Shown: positions 27,301-39,300 of the stretch, piece after piece
How the letters are laid out: every line of letters begins with the position of its first letter
Position numbering within the stretch: position 1 is the first letter of the stretch
Virus record (IMG/VR): IMGVR_UViG_3300021335_000021
Coordinates: 1 to 54,955 of that record
From: a virus
Taxonomy: Duplodnaviria > Caudoviricetes
Length of the DNA: 54,955 nucleotides
Direction: 5' to 3' (one strand)
Made by a program: the position numbers and the translations under genes
The notes under the pieces: model-generated
Told to the model about the DNA's origin: nothing
Databases searched by the model: none
Seen by the model: only the letters and a program-made list of their open reading frames with translations

Positions 27301-30300
27301 TCTAGACGATACCTATATTAACATATCAACAGACATAACAGGTCCGTGGAAAGTATACGGTAGAGATGAAACAACAACAGCATCTTACAAAGGTAATGTT
27401 GGATGGTTTTATCCGTTGTATACAGATGAACTATCAGCACAGCAAGCAGATACAGTAAATGGCGGTAGTGGTGTTGCACATACACATGTATTTGCAGGTA
27501 GTAATCAAGTATTTTATATGCCAAGTAGCAAAATGAATCATGCTACTATTGATAGCCAATTACACGAAGAATATCCAAATGCTCGAGCAATGATACAGGG
27601 ACATGATGGTAGTTTGTGGAGATGCTTTGGTGACTTTAGAGACAACCTATTATTAGATATTGAAAAAAGAATTTACAACAATCTTAAATTACCATACGAT
27701 GAAAACGTTTTAAACATTGCTGATTACATTCCTAGCAAAAATAGAGTTACAGGATTTACAAGAAAGCAAATTTCAAAAACAATGATTTCAGAATTTAACA
27801 GTTGGTTAGAAACTGTTGGAACACCTGATTACGTAACTAATAATGTTTATAAAGCTGGAGACGGATTTACATATAATTACTCGTCAGCAGGAGATCCTAA
27901 TAACCAAACGCTAACAGGATTTTGGAGATCAATATACAAAGACTTTTATAATACAGATAGACCTCACAGTCATCCTTGGGAGATACTTGGCTTTAAAGAA
28001 AAACCAACTTGGTTTGATGACGAGTATGGTCAATCGCCGTATACACGCAACAACCTACTGCTTTGGGAAGACCTAAGTAAAGGTATTGTTAGAGGTGCTG
28101 AAGGATCAAAAGTAACATACAGAAATAAATTTAAAAACGAAGATATTTATAATTATATTCCAGTTGATGATGAGGGTAATTTGATACCCCCAAACCAAAC
28201 TGGTTACGCTGTAGGAAATGTTCCTACTACAAACGCTAACGAATTTGCATTCGGCGATGAAGGCCCTGTAGAAACAGCTTGGCGCAGAAGTTCACACTAT
28301 CCATTTAGTTTAATGATATCGTGGGCATTAAATCAACCAGCACAATTTTTTGGATTAGCATTTGATAGAAGTAGAATTTTACGTAACGGCGCAGATCAAT
28401 TAGTTTACAAGGATACAAGTAAACGTATTGAATTAGATCAATTAATATTTCCAAATAGTGCTACAGATGACAACAGAGTATTCACTGCTGGAATAGTTAA
28501 TTATATGCAAGGATATCTTTCAGACAACGATACTCTTAGATTTTCTGAATACAAGACAAACTTAAAATCTATTGAAAATAAATTAGGATGCAAAATTGGA
28601 GGCTTTACACAAAAGTCTAAGTTTAGATTAATTTTAGATGCAAGAACACCAACTAACGAAGGTAATGTTTTTGTTCCAGAAGAAAATTATAAAATACAAT
28701 TAACTAAAAGTGTTCCTACACAAGTATATTCTTATAGTGGAATGATTATTGAAATTACTCCATCTGGATATATTGTAAAAGGTTATGATAAAGACAATCC
28801 TGTATTTAAATACTATCCTGTTAGAAGAAAAAATAGCGACCAAGTAATTAATGTAGGCGGAATAAGTGAAAACTTCTTAACTTGGACTGAAGGCAAAACT
28901 TACGAAGCAGGACAGATTGTTGAACTATCCGATAATTATTATAGAGTAAAAATATCACACACATCAGGTGATGGGTTTAATCAAGATAATTTTCAGAAAC
29001 TAGCAGAGCTTCCTGAAGAAGGAGGAGCATCAGCATATATTTCTACTAACTTTAGTGCTGTACTTGAAGAACTGCCATACGGCACATTATTTAGAGACAA
29101 ACAAGACGTAGTTGACCTTATGATGGGATATCAGAAGTATCTTACTTCAGTAGGTTTTAATTTTGAAACTTTTAATAAAGATATCGAAGAAATTGAAAAC
29201 TGGAGACTAAGTGCAAAAGAATTTTTATTCTGGACTACACAGAATTGGGAATCTGGCACAATTTTAACAGTTAGTCCAAGTGCAAGAGAAATTACATTTT
29301 CTCAAGAATATTCAGTTATTGACGACATATATGATAACTTTTATGATTATAGTTTGCTTAAAGCTGACGGGAAGCGTTTGCTTGCAGATTTTGCAACAAC
29401 AGAAAGAGATAATACAAATGACTTTGGTATATTTGTTAAGAATACCGAAGACGGAATATTTCATCTCAAGTTACCGTTAATACAACACGAACATGCAATT
29501 ATTATTGATAATAAAACTGTATTTGGTGATGTAATTTATAATAGAGCTCAAGGTTATAGACAAGAAAGAATTAAAGTAAAAGGATATCGTTCAGACGAAT
29601 GGAATGGCTCTTATAATATTCCAGGATTTATTTTTGATGATGCAAACCCAACAGAATGGCTTGCCTGGCAAGATTACTCAATTGGAGCATTAGTAAAGTA
29701 CAAACAATACTTTTATGTTGCAAAAAATAAAGTTACAGGATCTGATATTTTCCAAGATGGTAATTTTTTAAGACTTAACGAAAAACCTGAACAGCAGTTA
29801 TTACCTAACTTTGATTATAAAGCAAAACAATTTGCAGACTTTTATGATCTAGATTCAGATAACTTTGATATAGAGCAACAGAAGTTAGCTCAACATGCAA
29901 CAGGATATCAAAAACGTAAATATCTTGAAAACATTATTAATGATGAAGTTAGTCAATACAAATTTTTTCAAGGTGCTATACAAGATAAAGGAACAAAAAA
30001 TGTTCTTACTAAATTATTTGATAAATTAGGAAGTGCTAATAAAGATAGTTTAGAGTTTTTTGAAGAATGGGCAGTACGTGTTGGACGTTATGGTGCAACT
30101 GAAGGTGATGACCAATTTGATATTGTCTTAGATGAAACAAAATATAGACAAGAACCACAACAAGTTGAATTAGTAAACGAAATTGATCCGCAGGACACTA
30201 GTTTAATTTATAGACTAGCAAGAAATGATGTCTACGTTAAGAGTAAAGACTATAATCATAAACCGTTTCCAACAAAATACTTTAACGAAGAAACGAGTTA

Positions 30301-33300
30301 TACAAAAACAGCAGGTTTTGTAAATCCATCAGATGTTAGTTTGTCTTTATTAACTTACGATGATCTTTTACAACAAACAAATATTGCAACAAACAGTTAT
30401 ATTTGGACAGCTTTAGATAAAAGTACACAGACTTGGGGAGTTTATAAATTAGAATCAACTGATTTTAGAATCTCAAATGTAACAGCAAGTGATCAAAATA
30501 AATTTACAATAACAGTAGATAGATCACCAAATTATGCAAAAGGTGATATCATTGGAATTAATGATGTTTCAGATGCAACTGACGGATATTATAAAGTAGA
30601 CAGTGTTTCTTTAAATATTATTACATTAGAAAGTATTGATGGCGAAGATGTAGAAGCAACAGAGGACGATGCTGTAGTAAACGGATATGTTACAGAATTT
30701 AAAACTGCTAGATTGCCAACGCTATCTAAAGCAAATGATAGTTTAGGAATTTCAAATTTAAACAATAGACTTTGGGTAGACGATGACGATACAGGTAAAT
30801 GGTTAGTATTAGAAAACAAAGAAGTATTTGAGCTTAAACCTAATATTATTAATACTTCTGCTGGGTTACTTGACTCTACAGAAAAAGATTTCGGTAGTGC
30901 GTTTAGTGTATCAAGTAATAATAACCGTATTGCAATTACTGCGCCTAAAGACTTGAATGGTAGCGTTTATGTTTTCCAAAGACCTAGTGATAATACAGAC
31001 TTCGGATTCTTACAACAAATAGACGAACAATTATTCTTGTTTGATTCAAATGGAGGGTTTGGACAAAGTGTTGCAATGAGTCCAGATGGAAAATATCTTG
31101 CAATTGGTTCTCCACATGCTTCAAATGTAAAAAGTAAATTAAGAGGTGACTTTAATCCTAGAGAAGCATATGCTGTTGGAGATATTGTTTTATACTCTGA
31201 ACAGTTATGGAAAGCTGATAGATCTATTGATGCAGATGCATTACAAGTTTATAGTAATCATTCATCTAATGCACAATCTAAAGAAAATGATTATGATTCA
31301 AACACTCAAACATATCCAGATATTGAGTATATAGTTAGAGGTGATTATACATTAGGTACAGACGAGTCAACTGATCATATTTTAGTTAGAGCTGAGAAAG
31401 AACAATTTGAAGGAACTAAGTCGGGTGATATACTAACTCTTAAATGGAACAAGTATACAACAACATCTTCAGCTGGAGTGCTACCGTTTAATGGTGATGC
31501 TACGTTAACTGAATCTTTTATTAACGGTAGTCATACTATTATTGATAGAGTTCAACATATTATTCATATTCAAAGTGCATTAAGTGTACCTGATGCCGGA
31601 ACTGAAATTACAACAGATACCTGTAGAGCAACAATACAATACAGAAAAGTTAACAACGAAAATGAAATGACAGTTTACATTAAAGATGTAAACGGAGCAT
31701 TCCAAGGATCAGGTAAAATTTATGCCGGCGGCATTCTAATTGGTGACTATGTAGAATCATTACAAATTACTGACGACTATCATACAGGTTGGTGGCATAT
31801 AGGAGTAGGAAGTTCGTTTTTATCAAGTAATTTAGTAGAAACTAAAGCAAATCTTGTAATACAAAACATTACAGTTGAAGGCGACACAGTTAATAATCCG
31901 TATTTTAGTAATATTTTAGATACTAAACAATTACAAAACATTTTAAATCCAACTAAAGTTTCAGAGTTTGGTATACTTTCTCATACACAAGGACAGAGTA
32001 ATATTGAAGTCTTAGATAGTAAGTGGTGGATTAGAACACCATTAGCTCATGGAAGCAGTATTACAGTAGGCGATAAAACAAGACTTTGGCTAAACACCAT
32101 ACGTGTAAACGGATTAGTACAAGATCCTTCAGCTATAGGATTGACTTCAACTTATATTAATAATACTGAACATACAGTTGCAGATATATGGAATGGTTAC
32201 GTAGAAGTTAGATTAACTAACTTTGATTTGAACGGTGATCCTTTTATTCCGAATGTTGGAGACACATTAACAGATACTGCAACAGGTTCAACAGGCGAAA
32301 TTGCATTTATCGAAAGATCGTTTAGTACAGCAAAAATTTATATAAAAAATAGAAATGGTACTTGGGCTGTAGGATCAGATTTTGGTGTTAATTCAAATGC
32401 AACATTTATTGAAGTAGATCCAACTCTTGGACCTGCTACAAGAACTATTGGACCTATTAATTCTGCACATATGGAAAATACTATTTCAGGACCTATTATA
32501 GTTATTGACAGTGCAGTTAATATTCCGGTTGTTGTTAGCGGCGCAAACTATTTACGAGATTTAGAATATTGGATCTATTCAGATAACACGATTCAAGGTA
32601 TTACAGATGTTGCTAATCCTCCATCTAGCATTAACTTAGATTGGAAACGGCAATATAATATTCCAGTTGTTTCTGAAGGATACGGTACAGGACTTGAAGA
32701 GCAAGGTACATTTGCAATTTACGAAATGAAAGGTGTAACATACCAATTAATTAATTATTATACTGTTCCTAATAGTGCAAATAATCGAAAGCTAGGAACA
32801 AAATTAAAATTTGTACAACCAGATTCTAGTAGTTACAAACTTTATATTCATGCAGAAGGTGATGGAACTGAAGCTAACCAAGGTAGAATATATTTTGTAA
32901 ACAAGAATAGCATTGACGACTGGGCATTATCTGTACAGAAAAATTATAGAGGAGACTTTAGAGTTTCTGCAACTTATTTTGAAAACGAATATGTAAAATT
33001 TGGTGAAACAATTTATAAAGCAAACACTAATATAGTTCCTGGTGTATTTGATGTTAGTCAGTGGACTGTACAAACTAGTGGATTAGATTTATTAGGTTAT
33101 GTTCCTAATGATACAAACTTTTCATTAGTTGAAAGCACACTAGAGCAAATAAACTTAGAAGCATTTGGATCTGATTTTGATGTAAGTCAGAAAGGCGAAG
33201 TGTTAATTTCTAATTCTATGTATACAAGTGTTTATGAAATCGAATCAGGCGATGTAGTATTAGGATTAGACAGTAGTATCGCAAATAGAAAAGTTGTAGT

Positions 33301-36300
33301 TTACAGACAAAATGGAACAAACTATGAATATTCACAAATACTAGAACCATTTAATGAAACCGAAGATTTTGGTTTAAGTATTGCAGTATCTAATGATGGC
33401 AGAAAAATTGCTGTAGGTGCTCCACACAACAGCGATGTATCAAACAATGGCGGCGCAGTTTACATTTATATACAAAGCGGGGATACGTTTGTTTACAATC
33501 AAACATTACGCCCAATAGACAAATCAGTAAACATACAATTTGGTACTAAACTTGACTTTGATGGTGATACACTTGCAGTTGCATCTCGTGGTGGCAGTAT
33601 GGTTGAAAGTGTTACTTTTGATATACATAGAGACAGAAAAAATTCAGATCTAACTACTGTAGATAGATACATTTTAGATAATAAATCACAGATTAATCCA
33701 TTTGCAACTTCCTTTGATAACAATTCAACAATATTCCAAACAATTGATCAAGGAAGCGGTGTTGTAAGTTTATATGAAACTGTTAATAATACATTATTAT
33801 ACAGTCAAAACTTTGCATATGATTTAGATACACAAGACTTTGGTAATAGAATGGCTGTAAACAGTAATCACGTTTATATTGGATTACCTAAACAGCAAGT
33901 ACCAAATAGTAGTATACTTGATAAAGGTTTGGTTGCAGAATACCGTAAACCGGCTAATACAACATCTTGGTCAATTACTAGAAAACCTATAATACCAGTA
34001 GACACTAGTAAGTTTAAGGGTGTATACTTGTATAACAAGAAAACAAACGGCTTACTTACATATCTTGACTACATTGATCCTATCCAAGGAAAGATTGCAG
34101 GACCGGCAGAACAAGAAATATCTTTTAAAACAAGTTATGATCCAGCAAAGTATTCAACGTCAACAGATGCTACTATTACAGCAGATACATTAGATTATAC
34201 AAGCAATGAATGGATTGGTAAGTTATGGTGGGATATAGATAGTGCTAAATTTATTAATTATCATCAAGGTGATATATCAGAGTCAACAGCAAACTTTAAT
34301 ACGTTGTTTGCAGGAACTAACGCAAAAGTTCATGAATGGGTTGAATCAACATTACTACCAAGCGAATGGGACGCTCAATCATCTACAGCTGACGGCGTAG
34401 AGAACGGCATATCAGGTACATCACTATATGGAGATAGTGTATACAGTACTAGAAGAACATATGACGAATCATCACAAACATTCGAAACTTATTACTATTA
34501 TTGGGTAACAAATAAAGCTACATTACCAAACGTAGAAAATAGAGTAACAACAGCATTTGACGTAGCTCGTTATATTGCAAATCCTACACAAATGGGTTAT
34601 AGATTTGTTGCAATGCTAAGTGCTGATAGATTTGCATTATATAATTGTTCTCCGTTTATTACAGATCAAGACACAGCAATTAGTTTTAATTGGTGGACTA
34701 TAGAAAATCAAGAACAACCTACACACATTCAGTATCAATTAATAAGCGACGGTTTAGAAACAAGTATACCTAATAATGAAATTGAGCAAAAATGGTTTGA
34801 TAGTTTGGTAGGATTTGATAAAAATGACAGACCTGTTCCGGATATTAATTTGCCAATTAAGAGTCGATATGGTGCTTTAAATGACCCAAGGCAGAGTTGG
34901 TTTATTAATAGAGCAGAAGCACGTAAACAATTCTTTGAAAGAGTTAATAACACACTTTCTAAAAATTTAATTGTTGACGAGTTTGATTTAACTAAACTAA
35001 CAGGATTTGATCCAAGTCCAACATTAGCAACAGGGCTTTATGATACAACTAGTGACAGCAACGCTGAACTAAGATTTGTTAGTGTTGCTAGAGTCAAGCC
35101 AGCTAGTTTAACATTAGAAGTTGAAAACGGTGTTATTATTAATGTACTAATTAATGATCCTGGACAAGGTTATATCAACACTCCTACATATAAAATTACA
35201 GACACTGAAGGCTCTGGAGCAGAGTTAGAATTTGCACTTGACGCCAACGGTGCAATATCATCTGTTACTATTGTTAATGGTGGTAGAGATTATACAAGTA
35301 GTGTAAACATTACAGTTAGAAAATTTGCAGTACTTGTTAAAAGTGACGAAACTGTTAGTGGTAAGTGGAGTGTTTATGAATGGAATGGTACAGAGTACTT
35401 AAGAACACTCACACAAAGTTATGATATAAATCTTTACTGGCAGTATAGAGATTGGTATGCAACTGGTTACAATAAATTTACATTTGTTAATTATACTGTA
35501 GATTCAAGTTACCAAATTTATGCACTAGATGACCAAATTGGTGACATTGTTAAAATTAACAGTGTTGGTACAGGCGGTTGGTTGTTACTAAGAAAGATTT
35601 CTAACTTAGATACACAAGACTATACTTTAAGTTACGAAACTATAGGTAGACAAAGCGGAACAATAGAATTTAAGAATAGCTTATATGATACTAATTCAAG
35701 TAATACAGCATTTGACGGTGCAAGTTTTGATAAGATATTTTATGATACAGAACCAGATACTGAATTTAGAAAAATACTTGAAATTTTGAAATCTGATATC
35801 TTTATTGATAACCTTGCAGTTCATTGGAATGAATTATTCTTTGCAAGTATTCGTTATGTATTATCAGAACAACCTAATGTTGATTGGTTATTTAAAACTA
35901 GTTTTGTAAAAGCAAAACATAACATTGGTGAACTAGAACAAAAAGTAACTTTCCAAAATGATAATCTTCCAAGTTATCAAGATTACGTTGAAGAAATGAA
36001 ACCTTACAAAACTAAGATTAGAGAATATCTAAGTTCTTATGAAAAGATTGATCCAGCAAGTAACGTAATTACTGATTTTGATCTTTCACCGTATTATGAT
36101 GAACAAGAAGGAAAGATTATTCCGCAAAGTGTTCAGGTTATTAATGACCAAGTAGTACCTGGAGTTTCGGATATACAAAATTATCCTAGTAAACATTGGT
36201 TAGATAATTTAGGTTTTGAAGTTATATCATTTAGTATTGCTGATCCAGGTTCAGGATATGAAGTTCCGCCTAAGATTATTATTAGTGGCGGCGGCGGCAC

Positions 36301-39300
36301 AGGTGCAACAGCAGAAGCATTTATTGGTACAGGCGGCAAAGTAACAAGTATTAAAGTTACAAATACAGGTAGTGGATACTTAACAAGACCAACTATACAA
36401 GTTGTTGGATCCTTTGGCGACACAGGATCTATTGCTAGACTAAGTCCAATTATAGGAAAAGGCAAAGCAAGATCTGCACACATTAGGTGTAAGTTTGATA
36501 GAGTTACAGGAACATATTTGTTCCAAACATTAAATGAAACACAAACATTTACATCAACTGTTGATCAACAGATCTTTAATTTAAAATGGCCTATGCAGTT
36601 AAAGTCAACACAAATTACAGTTACAGTTGATGGTTTAGAAGCATTGCGTAGCGAATACACGTTTAGTAATGTAACTGATACAGCTAAAGGGTTTACAAGA
36701 AGTTACGGACGTATTACATTTAGTAATGCACTTTCTGTTAATAAGACAATAGTTATAACGTATAATAAAGCACCAGAGTTGTTACAAGCACAAGATAGAA
36801 TTAACCTTTATTACAATCCAACTACTGGCATGTACGGAAATGATCTTGCACAGTTAATAGAAGGTGTCGATTATGGTGGGGTTGAAGTAAGTAGTTTCGA
36901 CTTTGGAACAGGTACTGGTTGGGATTCAGATGGTTGGTTTACAACAACCTATGATACATTTGATACTACATTTGAAGATGAAATTTTCCAAATTGGTGAT
37001 GATAGTACAAGAGTATTAAATTTTGCTAGTCCATTAGTAGCAAACACAGTGTATAATGTATACAAAAACGGTGTTAGGTTAGACGATCCAAACTTTGGTA
37101 CAGCAAATCCAGTTACAAACACAGCGGCAGTTATGCAAAGTGTTACAGGTGCAGGACAAACAGGAGTTGCATTGTATGACGATGCCGGAGATTTAGCAAG
37201 TAGTATAATTGTATTTGATGAAGACAATATTCCATTAGGTTCGGGAGATATACTTGTATTTAGAAAAACTACTTCCGACGGTTCTTTCCTACCAGATCCA
37301 AGATCATACGATACTGTACTAACAGGTGGCGATTTTGCATTTAGTACAGCAAGAGGTATTAACCCAGAAGAAATTATTGTGGATGGTGATGACTTTATAA
37401 GTCCAACAACATCAAAAGGTCCAGAGGAACAAGTTCCAGGACAAGTATTAGATGCAGTAAATATTAGAGTATTCCATAGACCTAAAGATGGAGGTAGTAT
37501 ATTATCAAGTAATTCTTATAGAACAACTGGTATCGATAGAACATTTGAGTTTGGTATTCAGCCACAGAACAAAGAAGGTTTGATTGTTAGACTTAATGAC
37601 ACAATATTAGCACAATCTTTGTATAAAGTAGATTACAGATTAAAAACAGTTACATTAAATACAACACCTACTGCAAATCAAGATGTTAATATTATTTGCA
37701 TTAGTGGTAATGGTAAGAATGCAATTGAACAAAGTGAATTCAGAGGTGACGGAAGTACAACTGCTTATGTAACAAAAATACATTACACTAAAGATTTAGA
37801 TTATTATGCTACAGTTAATGGCGAAGCAGTTGAGTCAGTAATTACTTCTTCTGGTGATAGTACAGACGAAGACCCGAAAGCAATGATTGTGTTTGGTGTT
37901 GCTCCACCAGACAACAGTGTAATTAATTTTGCAATATACACATCAGTAGATTCATTTAGTAAAATAGAAACATCAGAATTTACAGGTGACGGAAGTACAA
38001 AAGTATTCACATTAAATAAAACACCATACAGTGCAAAACCAAACAGTCATAACGTAATTGTTAAACAAGGAAACAAAATTCTAAATCCTGGATACAATCA
38101 GCAGTTTCCAGTAACAGCATTACAAAGAGAATATTACTTAGAAATATGGCAAACACCAATTGGTAGTTTTGATAACTCAGACTTGCTAGTCCTACTCAAT
38201 GGTAAAGAACTTACGATTGCAGTTGAATATAATATTCGTCCTGCGAATAGTAGTGTTATACTTGAGCCAGGTATTGGAGCCGAAGGTGATATTTTAGAAG
38301 TTTACTTACGTACTGACGGTGAGTATGCTTTTGGTAGTATACAAATTATCAATAATCAGAATACTTGGGTTGACAGTGGAGCAAGTTTACAGTTAACCAC
38401 AGCACCTACAGACGGCGAAAAACTTACAGTGTACACATTTAATAAACATGATAGTATGGACTTTGAAAGACAAAACTTTGATATTGTTACTAGATCTACT
38501 ATTGCAGTTGGTACAGACGATCACATACAGTTTAATCATATTAAAGCAGGCCTAGTAAAACTTAGATACCCTGCTATTGATGCACAGTACGTTTGGCTAA
38601 CAATTAACGGTATATTACAAACACCTAGTGTTGATTATAAATTAACAGATGATAAAAACTTCTTAAAGTACAAAGGATCTTTTGCAGATGACGATGTTGT
38701 TGAAGTAATACAATTTAGTGCTACAGGCGAAATTACACCTAAGTTTGGATTTAGTCAGTTTAAAGATATTCTAAATAGAAACATTTATAAAAGACTTGGC
38801 GATGTTGCACCACTTAAACTTGCTAAAGATTTAGCAACATTTGATAAAGAAATACTTTTAGATGATGCATCAGCACTAAGTACACCTGATAAAAACAGTA
38901 GTCAACCAGGTATATTGTTTATAAATGGTGAGCGTATTGAATATTTAATCAAACAAGGTAATGTATTGCGTCAAATCCAAAGAGGAACACTTGGAACAGG
39001 AGTTGCAAGTTTACATGAAGCAGGTAGCGATGTATATAATCAAGGACCTAATCAAACAGCACCATATGCAGATCAAACTCTTATAGATGAACAAATAGGT
39101 GACGGTTCTACAACAGTATTTCCTCTAGCATTTACGCCTACAAGCGTAAATGAGTTTGAAGTGTTTGTTGCAGGCAAGAGATTACGTAAAAACGCTGTAC
39201 AGATGTTTAATCCGGTACTAGATCAAGACTCTCCAGAAGCAGACGAGACTGCTCCAGCAGAGTTTTCAGTGGACGGAACAACAGCAAGTGTAACTTTGTT

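Noticed and set aside
37744-38000. Diversity-generating retroelement TR/VR pair
   Set aside because: Only a 17-nt identity from a repeated protein motif, with no adenine-specific mismatches and no reverse transcriptase in the window.
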